DNA of 64,000 bases from Gracilinanus agilis (GCF_016433145.1 NC_058130.1:601652283-601716282); one strand, 5' to 3'. Shown: positions 36,351-50,078, counted from the first letter of the stretch. The notes: generated from the sequence alone by a model not told the origin. Translations and numbers: made by a program.

Positions 36351-37044
36351 TAATAAGGAACATATTAATATTAAATATATCTATGATATCCTATAACCTC
36401 CTTGTGGCTAACCAAACCCAGCATTCACTTACACTGAAAGACTACAGAGCTGGGAGTAGCTCAGAAGTCCTCAAAGGCAGCAAGGTGACAAAGTAAAGCC
36501 TTAAACTTAGAATCAGGAAGACTTCAGGTCTAACCCAGCTTCAGTCCTCTGCGTGGCTGTGGGACCCCAGGTGAGTAGCTTAACTGCCTTAGTCTTGGTT
36601 TATGAGATGTTGGGGGCAGCAAGGTGGCTCCGTGGATATGATGAGTATGGCAAGATCAGGATCTTGTCCAAAGAACTGACAACTCAGGCAATCTCCCCTG
36701 AGAGCAAGAATTATTGTTTTTAGAGAGGGATGGCCGTGGCCCCAAGGGGTTCTCAAGAATGTTTTTGGTCAGAGAAGGAGTCAATTATTTGGGTGGTTGC
36801 TGCCTTGCCATACCCAAGGAACTGATGCCACATTACCATGATTCATCTTTGTTTTCCCTGTTTTTTTTTGTTTTTTGGTTTTGGTGGTGTTGGTGTGGGT
36901 ATTGGTATTGGGGCATGTTTGGGGGGTGGGGGTAGGGGGAAGATGGGTGTTTGGTGTTGAAAACTGCAATGTCATTCTAATGTTATGTTAACCACCAGGG
37001 GCAACTCTCTATCAGATTTTGCTAGTTCTCCAGGAAAGGAAAGT

Positions 37045-37262
37045 CCAGATAAGAGCACTGGGCCTGGAGAGTCAGTTCAAATCTGATCTTAGAAACTCAC
37101 TCACTGTGTGACCCTGGGCAAGTCACTTACCCCTGTTTACCTCAATTTCCTCATCCATCAAAAGAACTATAGAAGGAAATGGCAAACCATTCTAGTATCT
37201 TTGACAAGAAAAGCCCAAATGGGGCCAAGGAGAGTCAAGCACAACTGAAATGACTGAACAAT
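37045..37262 (+). mobile_element. Mar1-type SINE
   Basis: CORE plus GAAGGAAATGGCAAACCATTCTAGTATCTTTGACAAGAAAAG...AATGACTGAACAA. Confidence 0.88.
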
Positions 37263-37904
37263 ATCAAATTTATTAGGGAACTTTTTTCCTTTACATCAAG
37301 TCTAAATTTGCCTTTTAATAATATCCACCCAGTATTCTTAGTTCTGGCCACTGGGACTAAACAGACATACTGAAACTACTGAATGACAATAATAGTACCC
37401 TGTTTATGGTGAATGTCAAGTGTGATAGCATATAAAATGCTGTGCATACCTTAAAACACTACATAAAATATCTAATAATTATCATCAATATTAAATATAA
37501 TTTATATGTAATATTTTATATTAATATGCACATATTAATATATTATCAGATGTCATAACATACTATAATCTATGGGGCTTTGTTTCCTCAACAACAAGAT
37601 AATAAACACTACACCAACCAGGACTGTTTTGAGACTCAAATAAAGTAATATAGGTGAAATGCTTTGCAAACTTTAACTTGGTTTATAAATGCTAGCAATT
37701 AGTACTATCTTTCCATGCCTTTAGTCTTCTGGGCTCCAGGATAGCTACTCTAACCCCTGTCCTAGGGGCCCAGGTACTAGAGGCCAATTAGACACATGCT
37801 GCCAGGTTTGTGCTCCATGAGAATAGCTTGAGTCCAGTGAAACTTCCATGCCATAATGAGGCACAAAAGTGACAGGAGTTGAATTTCACAGAATGATAAT
37901 TGCT

Positions 37905-38080
37905 AGTATTTCTACACATTCTTAAAAGACTTACAAAGAGCTTTCTCTCATTTGGGTCTTACCCAAAAAAATAATAATTTTTTTACAGATAAGGAAAAAG
38001 CTACTATCTGAGGCAGGATTTAAACTCAGATCTTACAGATTCCAAGTTCATCAGTCTACTCCACTGAACCACCTAGCTAA
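37905..38080 (-). mobile_element. Old MIR
   Basis: TTTTACAGATAAGGAAA...GAGGCAGGATTTAAACTCAGATCTT. Confidence 0.65.
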
Positions 38081-38565
38081 CTTACTTTCACTGTCCCCAT
38101 AGCAGAAAAAATAAATTTATTTGCACCAGAGTATAGAAACCCAACTAAACATTACATGAAGGGTTTTTTTTTTTTTAAATCCTCTGATCGGGCAGATATT
38201 CCTTTAGATACTTGTGTTCATAAGGTATTTGCTGAAGTCTTGGAAAAAAAAAAAGGAAAAGGGGGGCAGGGGAGGAGAGACATAATGGGTAATCTCAAGA
38301 GGGAGGGGAGCAGACTTCAAAAAGGAGGAGGAGATAATGACAAAGGGCAGTTTTCCCTGCTAGGAACAGGCCCCAGTATCAAAGCCAGAGAGGTCTCTCC
38401 TGAAAAAAACTTCAGGTTTTTCCCAAATTGCCTCTACTGGCAAAAAATCCCACAATTAGCAGACCCAAGAGCAGTATCATCAGCAAAAAAATAAATAAAA
38501 CCTCACTCCAGGGATCACATCCCCAGCTCCAACACTTCCTGATGAGCCAGCACTTCCTCAGGTTC

Positions 38566-38566
<1 letters not shown>

Positions 38567-38616
<50 letters not shown>

Positions 38617-38629
38617 GGGGGGGGGGGGG
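38567..38629. repeat. (TG)24 microsatellite followed by G13
   Basis: Directly visible. Confidence 0.95.
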
Positions 38630-38884
38630 TGTCAAATGTAAATGTGGGAAATTTTAAATAGGCTTGTGGGAAGCATGTGGGGACTTCATGGGGAAGGCAG
38701 GGCTTGCCTTCTAATAGAAATCTACAAGCAATGAGGATAAAGTGAAGCTTACCCAAAGATAGAGGGTTAAATGTTGTTGCTTATTTAAAATAAAAACCAG
38801 GTAGATGTGAAGAAATACAAATAGAAAAACCTAGAAAGCATAGGAAATCATAAAGTTTACATTTGTGTGACATTTCAAGAATTC

Positions 38885-39050
38885 TTAAGGTTTGCAAAGC
38901 ATTTAATATATATTATCTCATTTGCCCCTCACAAGCTGTATCATCCCCATTTTAGAGACGAGAAGAGGCTAAAAAAATCAAAAGACTTGTACATGGCGTC
39001 TCAATTATAGTATGATCTGAATCCAGACCATCCGACCTGGAAGTCCAAGG
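38885..39050 (-). mobile_element. Old MIR
   Basis: ATTATCTCATTTG...ATCCCCATTTTAGAGACGAGAAGAGGCT. Confidence 0.65.
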
Positions 39051-39504
39051 CTGTAGGGGCAGCTTGTCATCACAAGCAGACCACAGAGAAAAAAACAAGC
39101 ACAAATTCTGCAGAGATGACTGTCTTTCTCTTCACGCTTCCCCCTTGGCAGCATTCCTCCTGTCTCCATGACTTTGTACCAGATCCCTATTCCTCCCCCT
39201 CCCCAATCCAAATTTCCTTCAAGATTCCATTCAAGAAGTAGCATTCTACATGAGCCTTCATTTGTCTGGGATATCAGAGAATGGATTTATAGTTCACCAA
39301 GAGGTTGCTGTAAACTTGATTTTCTTGGTCTCTTCCAACTTCTATTGCCTGAAATTTCCTGAAAATTTCATTCATAAACTCAATTCCCAGAGGGTAAATT
39401 GGTCCTACTCATCTTACAAATACCCAAAAAGGGGATGTAGAAACCAAGGGAAAAGGAATAAATACTTGCAGAGGGTGTAAGAACTGGAGTATCTCAAGTG
39501 AGAG

Positions 39505-39730
39505 GTAGCTGACTGGCAATGGGAATAGAGTGCAGGTCCTGGAGTAGGAAAAGACTTGTCTTCCCCAGTTCAAATCTAGCCTCAGACACTAGCTGTAAGA
39601 CCCTGCTTACCTCAGATTCCTCATCTGTCAAAATGAGCTACAGAAGGAAGTGGCAAATGATTCCAGTATCTTTGCCAAGAAATTCCCAAAAGGTGTCACA
39701 AAGAGTCAGGCAGGTCTCCAAATGAACAAC
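39505..39730 (+). mobile_element. Mar1-type SINE
   Basis: AGTTCAAATCTAGCCTCAGACACT; GAAGGAAGTGGCAAATGATTCCAGTATCTTTGCCAAGAAA. Confidence 0.85.
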
Positions 39731-40829
39731 AAAGTGCCTTACTATGATGATGGTACTGGCAAAATATTAATTTCTCTCCCCTAAAGAGGTGAAGCTATAT
39801 AATAGATCAAGTCAAAGTTACTGATCTTGTTTTATTATCATCATTATTATTTTCTCCCCAACCCCAAAATGCAGATACAATACTCATTTTAGGAGACTCC
39901 TCTACTCATCAGAAAAAATGTTGTCTTAAGGCTTATAACAAGCCTTTTAAGCTTGAATTTTAAGAGTTACAAGCTTTCTTTGAAACACAGTACTTGGTGC
40001 CATCATAAATTGTCTTTTTCTTCTAACTTCTGCAAACCTCAACCCCTCTCCCACCTCCAAGATATAAGTAGCAGAAGCTCAGTTGGCTGCTGTCTGGATC
40101 TTTATTAGTATACAAGCTGAGAAGTCTGTCCATTCAGAGATAACCAAAACCCCCAAATGTCACCAATTACAGGTCGTCTTTAGGTTAATTATGTGTTCTA
40201 GCCCATCATAAGTTCTTTCCCCCAGACAATAGACACCTCTATCTAAGGTCACAAAAGGTCTTGAATATGCATATATACCAAGGCAGAGACACTTCAAAAA
40301 ACAATTCTGAGTACAGAAAAGGCTGTCCAGGTGCCCTGTCAATTAGGATTCAGAAGATTGTCTACTATCTCTGACCAACACCACAGAGTCAATTATTGTT
40401 CTTAAATTCGGGGATCCTCTTTAATTTGGGACACCCAGCCTCCATTGCCACGGAAGATCTGTCACAAGAATACTGGATACTGGTATTTACGGAAAAGGAC
40501 TCAAGAAGTATACTTTTCAATCTGAAAACATTGTCCAAGCAAGACTTGACAGCTCTCTGATCCCTCACTTGTTAAACAAGCAAGCGACAGACAACTCTCT
40601 CTGCAAGATACATTTAAGTCTGTCTCTCCCTCTCAGTTTCCAACAATCACTTATATGCTTCCATAAAACCCAAAGGAGTTGTGAATTGGGCTTTGCTTTC
40701 AGCTTTTGATCAAAAGTGCCCCCCCACAAAGTAATATTTACCATTCATAGAGAAATTTGTTTTTCAATGTTGGAGTGGCCAAATCATGTCTCCAAAAGAT
40801 ATAAGAGATTATGCCCTATCCTCCCTGGA

Positions 40830-40832
<3 letters not shown>

Positions 40833-40894
<62 letters not shown>
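40833..40894. repeat. Perfect (AC)31 microsatellite
   Basis: Directly visible. Confidence 0.97.
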
Positions 40895-40898
<4 letters not shown>

Positions 40899-41139
40899 TC
40901 CCACAAGGAGAAATGAGAAGATATATTACCACAAGGAGAAAGCAGCAGCAGCAGAAGTGATTCTAGAAAATGATTCCCTTACTTCCATCCCGTTCTTCTC
41001 TCATCCACCCATTTTTTGAAGGCCCGATTCCTCACCTGGCTTCTAATGTCCCAAGGTCTTTCCTGACTCAATCTTCCCCCCTTACCAAGTCAGTGCTTCT
41101 CTCTCTGAAAATGTCTTTAGATTTGTGTTATCCTATTTG

Positions 41140-41325
41140 GAGCAACTAAGGCTAGAGTTGGGAAGACCCAAGTTCAATGTGGCCTCAGACACTTAGCTAT
41201 GTGACCCTGTTTGCCTCAGTTTCCTCTGTAAAATGAGCTGGAGAAGGAAATGGTACCACTCCAGTATCTTTGCCAAGAAAACCCCAAATAGGGTCACAAA
41301 GAGTCAGAAACAACTAAATAACAAA
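41140..41325 (+). mobile_element. Mar1-type SINE
   Basis: GAGCTGGAGAAGGAAATGGTACCACTCCAGTATCTTTGCCAAGAAAACCCCAAATAGGGTCAC. Confidence 0.88.
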
Positions 41326-41418
41326 AGGTCCTCATTTACCACTTCAATCCCCCTCCCCCTCCCCCTCCACCTTCCCCAACATAAATTCCTAGTGGGCAAA
41401 GACTGTTCCATACTCACC

Positions 41419-41609
41419 CTTTTTTTTTTTTTTAAACCCTTGTACTTCGGTGTATTGTCTCATAGGTGGAAGATTGGTAAGGGTGGACAATGGGGGTCAA
41501 GTGACTTGCCCAGGGTCACACAGCTGGGAAGTGGCTGAGGCCAGGTTTGAACCTAGGACCTCCTGTCTCTAGGCCTGACTCTCACTCCACTGAGCTACCC
41601 AGCTGCCCC
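41419..41609 (-). mobile_element. Young SINE1_Mdo subfamily copy with TSD
   Basis: 5 differences from 28351-28525 over about 175 nt; TSD CCATACTCACC at 41408-41418 and 41610-41620. Confidence 0.95.
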
Positions 41610-43377
41610 CCATACTCACCTTTTAATCTCTGGTAGTAGAAACTAAGTCTTGGCAACAATGGGTGCTTAATGTCTGCAGAAATGAATTATTGAAATCAGA
41701 TTTTCCTGTAGCACTTAATTTTCTTCTGGTACCCTATTTGACTCCTGCCACTAGTAGACATTACCTCTCTTGCTCAAGGCAAAAATAAACTGCCCTCTTG
41801 TCTTTTCTAAGCCTGAAATCTCTCTGATTTGTATCTTTCCTGGCTGAGAGGGTATCACTAAGGACATGAGAGTGACTAAAAGGAAACTTGCTAAAGTTAT
41901 GGGGCTTTTCAAGATATTTTTAAGTCGAAAGAGACAGTGAATACTTGTGTCTTAGGATTTAGAAAGGAATATAGTCAATAACTCTAAATAAGAACCCAAA
42001 AGTTGATTTGCCAAGGATATTCTAAAGCAGGTGGCTAGGTTTTCCTGTTCTCCAGTGTCTATAACAGTTCTATGGCCAGCACAGAACATATGATCTCCAC
42101 TATCCAAATTCTAATTAAATGAAATATGATACTACAATGTCCAAAAAGAAGGGTACTGTTTGCAGGGTTTGACAATTGTCTATATTTCTTTTTGAGGTAG
42201 GAGAAAGGAGAGATTGGTACCAACAGATCCGATATAACAATGGACATTCTAAGTCTCTCCACAAAACAATGGTATGTGGAAATTATTTGTTGCCAACAAA
42301 TCCTCCCTGCCCATTTTCAACAAGTCTTGAGAAGCACCTAACAAAATTGTGAAATATGTGCCATTTTATTTTAAAATATTACATATCAACAATGACATAC
42401 CAGCTCAAGAAAATCCTGATTTTTGACAACAATTCCTACACATGTAGTCACATATAGTGACCTGTAGCCATATTCTACTTAGGACAAATGAACGGGTTTG
42501 GGCAAATAGGCAGGGTACAGGAATAAGTTTATAATACTATTCTATTCAATAATGCTAGCTAAAGTCTACCTTCTGTGGGGGAAGCCATAACTAGTGCCCT
42601 AGAACTGGATTTCTATTCTAAGATCCCTTCCAACTCTTAAAATCCATCATTATGTAAATTTGTTTCTCTCTCTTCCCCATGTTCTACAGTCTTTCACCTA
42701 ACTTATCTTTCATGTTCAAATAAAGGTTAAAAAAACCTAAAAGGCAAAGAGTGGAGTCCAGCAATCAGTTTGTTAAAGGCAAAGCAAGCACTGTGTACAG
42801 TCAATAAATCTAACAGGACATTGTGCTCTCCTTCCTTCCCTTCCTTCCCTTCCTTGAGGCTCTGAAATATGTAACCAGGTATTCAGGTTCTCTGGATTAG
42901 CAGCTAAAATGTTCATCTTCACCAGTATTTCCATCACTACAGGTAGAATTGAGATGGGGGAGGGAAGAGAGAGAAAAAAAGATAAGGGGAAAAGTCTGAG
43001 CAAAAAGTTATTAATAACGATTTTTTGTGTCAACCCTAAAGATGTTTCTAAAACTACCTTAAGAGTTGGTCAGTTTAAGTATTATTTTATGGGCAAAGAC
43101 TTCTTTATATAATAAATTAAAATGCCCACAAAGTTGGTTTTGTTCATAGCTTGGATTTATTTGGTGTAAGGATGCAACTAATATTCTGAAAATCAAAAAA
43201 TGAAAGCAGATATCACAAGAGAAAGACAGCCTTTATACAGTATCACTGTGCAAAAGTTGTTCATTGCAATTCCTACCATGGTAGAATAGAAATAGGATTA
43301 AGACCTGGAGCTTATAGAATTTAGTTCCTCTATTCTATAATCCAACTCTTATTGTTATTGAGTGTCCTTTGTTATCT

Positions 43378-43593
43378 TTTTTTCTTTAAGCCCTTAACTT
43401 CCATTTTAGAGTCAATGTGTATGGGTTTTGTGTATGGGTTCCAAGACAGAGGAGTGGTAAGGGTTAGGTAATGGGGGTTAAGTGACTTGCCCAGAATCAC
43501 ACAGCTAGGAAGTATCTTGGGGCCAGATTTGAACCCAGGATTCTCCTGTGTCTAGGCCTGGCTCTCAAACCACTGAACCACTTAGTTGCCTCC
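43378..43593 (-). mobile_element. SINE1_Mdo-type SINE inserted into an older repeat
   Basis: Antisense head, CORE and tail; GTGTCCTT on both sides; right flank (TTTTCAAAGAGGTCCAATAACATCAC...GAGGCAGAGCTG) resembles an old marsupial RTE-related SINE. Confidence 0.85.
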
Positions 43594-43739
43594 GTGTCCT
43601 TCATTTTCAAAGAGGTCCAATAACATCACAAGGTGCATGAGTTGGAATGAAATGAGGCAGAGCTGAACAAAGTCAACAGTCTCACTCTCCCAGGGTCCAG
43701 AGAAGAGATGAACTAGTGAGAATACAACTTTTATATACC

Positions 43740-44290
43740 TGCTAAACAGATAGACCCACCTCCAATAAAGATCTGAGCATGTCATTCTTCTGTTAAAGAA
43801 GGTTTGGGGGATCTCTATGGCCTTTAGAATGACATGAGATCCCCTCTGTTTAGCATTGTTTCTAGCCTCTCTTTCCAGGTGTTAAGCTCCCTTCTACTCG
43901 ACATTCTAACCAAGCTATACTATTTGCTGTGGCCCCTATTTAACATACAATCTTCAGCCCCCTGCGGGAAAAATATAGTCTCATCCTATGCCAAGAATGT
44001 TACCTTTCCTCACTTCTACATATTGAAACTACTATCTCCTTCCAAGGCTCAACTCAAGTGTCATCTCCTCCAAGAGACCTTTGCCAATTCTCTCAATTCT
44101 CATCAAATCACTGAGGATGTATCTCTGTCTGTGTACCCTGTATGTATAGATGTACATCTATAAACACGTATCCTCATAATGGAATGTAAACTCCTTTGGG
44201 GAAGGACCAACTCATTTGTGTATACATTAGTTACAACAGCTAACGCAAGGGAGAGAACACAGATACTTAAATGCTGGTTGACCAAGTGAA
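43740..44290 (+). mobile_element. L2 3' region
   Basis: CTCCTTCCAAGGCTCAACTCAAGTGTCATCTCCTCCAAGAGACCTT...AATGTAAACTCCTTTGGGG...AAATGCTGGTTGA. Confidence 0.75.
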
Positions 44291-44458
44291 ATACCAACTT
44301 GGATACTTCCTAGCTGTATTGAACACATAAGTCACAATCTCTCAGAAGGTTCTTCATTTATTAAATAAGGATAATAAAAGTTTATACCTATCTCACAGGC
44401 TGTTGTGAGAAGCAAATGAGATACGAGATATAAAGTACTTTAAAGGGTATGTTGTCAT

Positions 44459-44660
44459 GGGGCAGCTAGGTAGTGCAGTAGAAATCTGGCCTCAGAAACT
44501 AAGCTAGCTGTGGGACCTCTGGAAAGGCTCTTAACCTCTGCTCGCTTCAGTTTCCTTATGTGTAAAGTGAGCTAGAGAAGGAAAGAGCAAACCATTCCAA
44601 AACTGGCCAAGAAAACCCCAAATGCAGTCACTAAGAGATGGACATGACTGAACAACAATA
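44459..44660 (+). mobile_element. Mar1-type SINE
   Basis: GGGGCAGCTAGGTAG head; GCCAAGAAAACCCCAAATG...GGACATGACTGAACAACAA; possible TSD TGTCAT. Confidence 0.88.
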
Positions 44661-44672
44661 CTGTCATACATC

Positions 44673-44686
44673 GCGCCACCTAGAGA
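44673..44686 (-). promoter_or_regulatory. Candidate CTCF motif
   Basis: Minus-strand TCTCTAGGTGGCGC matches 12 of 14 positions of CCASYAGRKGGCRS; CpGs retained. Confidence 0.35.
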
Positions 44687-46424
44687 AGTCTTCCCCCACA
44701 TATACAATCAAATCTCCTCATACAACTAGCTGGGGGAGAAAAGGGTATCAGGGCCAAAAAATTACATTTCTTCTACTTATGAGTGACAATTTTTCTTTCT
44801 CTTCTTAAAGATATGGTGATTCCATGTAGGACATTTCTTCTCATGATTACTCATAAAACTGAAAGAACTTTGGATAACCCAAAATATCCTTTCAATGTGG
44901 CTTTGGACAGTAAATTAATTTAGAGGCCCATTCATAAGATGTAGCTCAAATTCACACAAGGAAGAAAGTGACTGGATAAGGATTCTAACCAAGGTCTATG
45001 GGATAACAAATTCATCTCAGCAAAAATGGACAAGTAAACCAAAACAACAGAACATATTTCAAGTAAGGCCTATGCAATGAACAGGTCATTACTACATTCT
45101 TTGGGAGAGGCTACAATTATTGGAAAGCATTGCAGGTTTTTCTCCCTGCTGAATTCATTTTCATATGCATAAAAAAAAGGCAATAGTTAAGAGAGCATGT
45201 GGTTAATTCCTAAAATGAAATATGGTAAGTACTTATTTCCTATATTATCCTTTCTGAATAACATCTAATCTAGCAGCTCAAGGCAGATTCCTGATTAGAT
45301 AAGGAGGAAACATTTCATGTCATTAGCTATACAGTTTCATCTTGTTTAGCAACCCCATGGTAATGCATACCAGATGAGTTGAAAGTACAGTAGCTTTAAA
45401 AATGGTCCTGCCATCACATTTATGTAGCCTTTAGTTAATGAGCATCAACAGTTCACCTCTGGCCTCTCTCAACTCACCAAGAAGGGCACCCCAGGTTAAA
45501 TTAAATATCTCTGGCCCACTACATTTTTAAAATATGAATTACTCTAGCCTACAAGCATAGAACTTGTGTTTTTCTAGCACCTCGGTACTTTCCATTTTTG
45601 TCCTCAGGCATTCAATGAACTTCAAAATCCCTTTTTGTTAGTTAAATGAAAGGTCTCCCATTTCCATTTTAGATAGGATAGAGTAGGAAACACAAGAGAG
45701 GCTAACCTAAGTCAGCATCAGCTGGCAGATAACAAAGACTTGACTTGAGATTTAATTAAATGGTTCAGCACTGGTATTATGGAGAAAAAGATGCAATGCA
45801 TTTCCTATTCTATTTATAAGTATGCAAAACCACAATCTGAGGTCCCTCCAGTCAGCCTTCCTAATAAACTAGTCTTCAGTTCAGTACTTATACAATTCAA
45901 CAGTTAAAACCTACTAACACACACCTGCTTTCCATTTTGGGAATACAATAAAATCCAAGCACCACTACTGAGAAACCCTGGGAATTCAACTCAACAAACT
46001 CTAAATCATTGGAATACTTTTTTTTTTTAAATGATGATAACCTTATTCTTCTACTAGAGCTATACAGGTTTCTTTTTCTGACCCATAATGACCAGTCATA
46101 AAAAGTAGCCAAATGACTTCAGAGGGGGTACTTTGAAAGGGGATATGATGCAATGAAGCAAGAGGCTTGATTATTACACCAAAATGTGCATGATTTACAG
46201 CTGTTAATTATCTCATCTTTTCTCATTTGTGAGCTATTATCAAAGAAAAGTGAGGGTAGACCTTTCATCTCTTTCCATTCCATACTTCCCTTTTCCCTTT
46301 TGACCAGCTCTAGGATTTAGATGACGTAAAGAATGTAAAGTGAGAAAATTTACCAAAAAAAAAAAAAAAGATTGACAGCTGGCTTCCCATCTAAATTAAA
46401 GTCAACTGGAGCATTCACAAGGTA

Positions 46425-46560
46425 AATCAGCTGGGTGGCTCAATGGACAGAAAGCCAGGCCTAGAGATAGGAGGTTCAATTCTGCCTTCACACAGTTCCT
46501 AGCTATGGGACTCTGGGCAAGTCACTTAACCTCAACTGCCTTCCCCCCTGCCTTTCTGTC
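46425..46560 (+). mobile_element. SINE1_Mdo-like SINE, truncated
   Basis: CAGCTGGGTGGCTCAATGG...GGCCTAGAGATAGGAGG...GGGCAAGTCACTTAACC. Confidence 0.8.
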
Positions 46561-48774
46561 ATAAGATTTGTAAAAATCTAAAACAAAAATTTTAAAATGT
46601 TTAAAACTTTACTTTCTGCAACTTTCCTCCACTTGGATATGAAGAAACAAGGGCAAATCCCTTTGTGGGTCAGCCTTCTTATATACTATGTAGCAAAAAG
46701 GCAGTTTCCTACAAACAAACAAAAAAGATGATAGTTGGCAACCACAATCAAAAAGTATACATTTAAAATATAGTAAATGTGATTAACCCACATTGTGTAC
46801 CACAGCATCTGACTTCAAGTCTGATCTTCGGGTCAACCAACATGGTAAAAAAAGTCTGTGTGTTCCAGTAGCTCAAGAAGAGTCCAAAATGTTCCTGATA
46901 CTATTTCAAGCACCTGGCTGTCTGGTTTTCTCTTTTGGGAAGTTCCAGGCCATGGCACAAAGGAACATTTTCAAGAAAACTAAAGCAACATGAAACCAAA
47001 AAGAGTCACTCATTTCTCTAGAATTGGTGCAGGGTGAGGGAATGGGGTTACTACTGGTCTCAATACTGTAAAAGATTGGAACTGGGAATCTGTCTGGGAT
47101 GCTTCCTTATTCCCTTGTTTAAACAAAGCCAGCCAAGAACAAGAGAAATACAAATTAGTGGGAAGGACTCTTTCTTTTTTAAAAACACTTGCCTTCAGAA
47201 TTCCTTTGGTCAATACTATGGTCTTTGGAGGATCTTCCCAGCTGCACACTCTGATCAAAAGGCAGCCCAGCTCTGAAGTACAACATCCTGAAGGGAATCC
47301 CAAGAGATGTAATACCCTTTCCTTCCTACCTTCCACACTAACACTCTAAAAATTCTTCTAAGAGAAGCTGCCCCAGACAGATGAAGATGACCAATGGATA
47401 ATTAATTACATATGCCTGAAAGGGGGGAGGAGAAGAGAGAGAGAGATCTTCCCATCACCTCTCCTCATTCCATTTCCATTTCCCTCTCTCCCCCTCCCCC
47501 AGCCCTGGATTTGCTCCCAGGTGTCTTGTGTTTAAAAAATGGGGGAAGGAATCTGGTTGAGTGTCACAAGTCATGAGATTGTGGTTTCCTCTGTCTGCCC
47601 TTATTTCCCAGAAACTACACTGTGTCAGTGTAAAAAGCTACTCCTCTCCTTATAAAAGCAAGCAGCAAAGGACATAAAAAAGACCATTACATTAGGATAG
47701 TTCTTGCTAAGTGTGCTCAGTGTTCCAGATGTCCTGGTCTATCTACAGATGTATGTCCTGTCAACTTTCAGGTATCTGAATTGTGCATCTGCAAATCTTA
47801 GTTTCTAGTTTCATTCCCTGTCACTCCTTGTCATTTTAGAAAAGGAACCCTTCTTAAACTGGAAATTACTCACAGATATCTCACATTGGAACTTCTGTGA
47901 AATGTTTTTTTTTTTCTCTTGTTGAGAAAGGGTTAATGGGTCTTTATTTCCTTCTGAAGTCATCTCTTTAAGCCTAGCTTTCAGATGATGTTGGGAAGAT
48001 CAATTTGTCATCCAGCATTTCTAGTTTCTGTCTTTGAAGATTTAAGTACAAACGCTAAGGAACATCTGTTTAGTCATTTCTACAGAACTTATGTTCATAT
48101 TTTTATTACAGTAACTTGGCTACCAGGAACACTGGCAAAGCTGGGGCAACACAGATTTGCTTTCAGCTCCTCCAGTAAAGATTCTCACCTCTTTTGACTC
48201 TTGCTGGCAATAATCCTATGAATAAACCAAAACAAGGGAAAAAAGAGGTTTGGGGGGCCTCCATCCCCAACTCCTTTTGGACAAATCTTGTAAACAAAAA
48301 TCTGATGGCAATTAATTCACTATGGCTACTTGCAACTCCAGGCATAAGCTCACAGAGAGGAGAAATATTAGTGTATTCTGATCAAGTCCTGGAGGTAATG
48401 AGTCCCCACACCTCAGCAAGAACAGCATGAAGCATACCCTCTCAGTCTGGTGTTATTATACACTACTCCCCCCTTTGTGCAAGGATCCACATTCCAGTCA
48501 AACTGGCTTTCTTATGGTTCCTCACAATACATTCCATTTCCCATCTCCAAAGGCAAGGCAAGTTTCTCCTTTCTTATCTCCACTTCAGAATCCAGTTTCC
48601 TCCCAAGCTTAGGTCAAATACCATCTCCTCCTCACTGAAGCCTTCCACCTAAATGCTGACATGTACATATATGTACATACCTTCTACCTCCAAGAGACTA
48701 TAAGCTCCTTGAAGGTTTTTTAAGCCCCACAATTTTCCCCCAAACACCTTTAATTTAGAAGGGGATTGTTATTA

Positions 48775-48990
48775 TTCAGTTGTTTCAGTCATGTCTGACT
48801 CTTCATAACCCCATTTGAGGTTTCTTGGCAAAGACACTAGAGTAGGTTGCCATTTCCTCCTTCAGCTCATTTTACAAATGAGGAAACTAAGGCAAACAGG
48901 GTCACAAAGCTAGTAAGTGCCTGAGACCCGACTCAGGAAGATGAGTTTTCCTGGCATTCTATATCCACTGCAATACCTAAGCTGTCTCTT
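48775..48990 (-). mobile_element. Mar1-type SINE
   Basis: GTTGTTTCAGTCATGTCTGACTCTTCATAACCCCATTTGAGGTTTCTTGGCAAAGA. Confidence 0.88.
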
Positions 48991-50030
48991 TAGAAGAGGA
49001 TAGACTTACCATTGAGAACAACTTACAGTCTTAAAAGAGCTACCTACCTAAAGCACTGTTAAGTGGTTAGGAGGCTTGGCTTGCCCAGGGTCACAGAGTT
49101 TGTAAGAGAACAGGAACCAAGATCTTCCTGGCTCCCAGGCTAGCAACTCTTTATCTACTTCACCATTAGAAAGAGCTAATTTGGAGAACAAATTTCATTG
49201 TACTAAAGTAGTAACTTTCACTCTAAAATGTGGCTACAGTTATGTCAAACTAGCTGGCACCACAAAAAAATTAACCTTATCTGATATGCAAGTAAACACA
49301 CTACTTCTTAAACTATCTGCAACAGAACTCAAACTGTAAACTAAGGATGTCCAAGGCTCTGAATTTGTGGAATATATTCATGTATATCTCACATCTATCT
49401 ATCTATACATGTTATCTTCCCCTCCCCTATAAAATGTAAACTCCTTGAGCTCAGAGATGCCTTCATTTCGTCCCTGGATCCTCTAATATACGGTCTGGCA
49501 CTAGTTAAATAAGGCCTGATTACTTACCAAGATTGCTAACCTCTCTATCCCATCACTGCTATCAAACTTCAAACTAATGAACTTCAAGAACACTTGAGCT
49601 AGTGTATTTGCTTAGAGGGCTGGAACCCTAAACTTAAGGCCTTTATTATCTGGTTCTTCTCTCCAATTCCCATTCATTTGCCCCACAACTACAAAAACAA
49701 AAAACAAAAACAAACAAACAAAAACCAACCAGAAAGAGCCATAAAGTGCAGAAAGAAACTGAAACAACTTCTTCATCCCAGTCCTAATTCTTTGGACAAA
49801 AAAGAAAGCTTGATAACTCCCAATGTCATGCCCACTGTCAATGACAAGCATATTCTAAAGATGGCAGGAGGATTAATTAAAATGTGACCTTTTCTTTCCT
49901 TGAGATCTATGAAAAGAAATTTTTATATATCAAATTCAGTAACAGCAGGTACTGAATATTTAGGAAGTGGTCTGGGCCCAGGAGTTGGTTCATTAGTACA
50001 CCTTCCTTATTCTGGTTATGGTATTACATG

Positions 50031-50078
50031 GAAATTTCAAACTGAATTAGGCATGAAATATCAAACTGAGTTAGGCAG
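50031..50078. repeat. 24-bp tandem duplication, 2 copies
   Basis: GAAATTTCAAACTGAATTAGGCAT / GAAATATCAAACTGAGTTAGGCAG, 3 mismatches. Confidence 0.8.
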
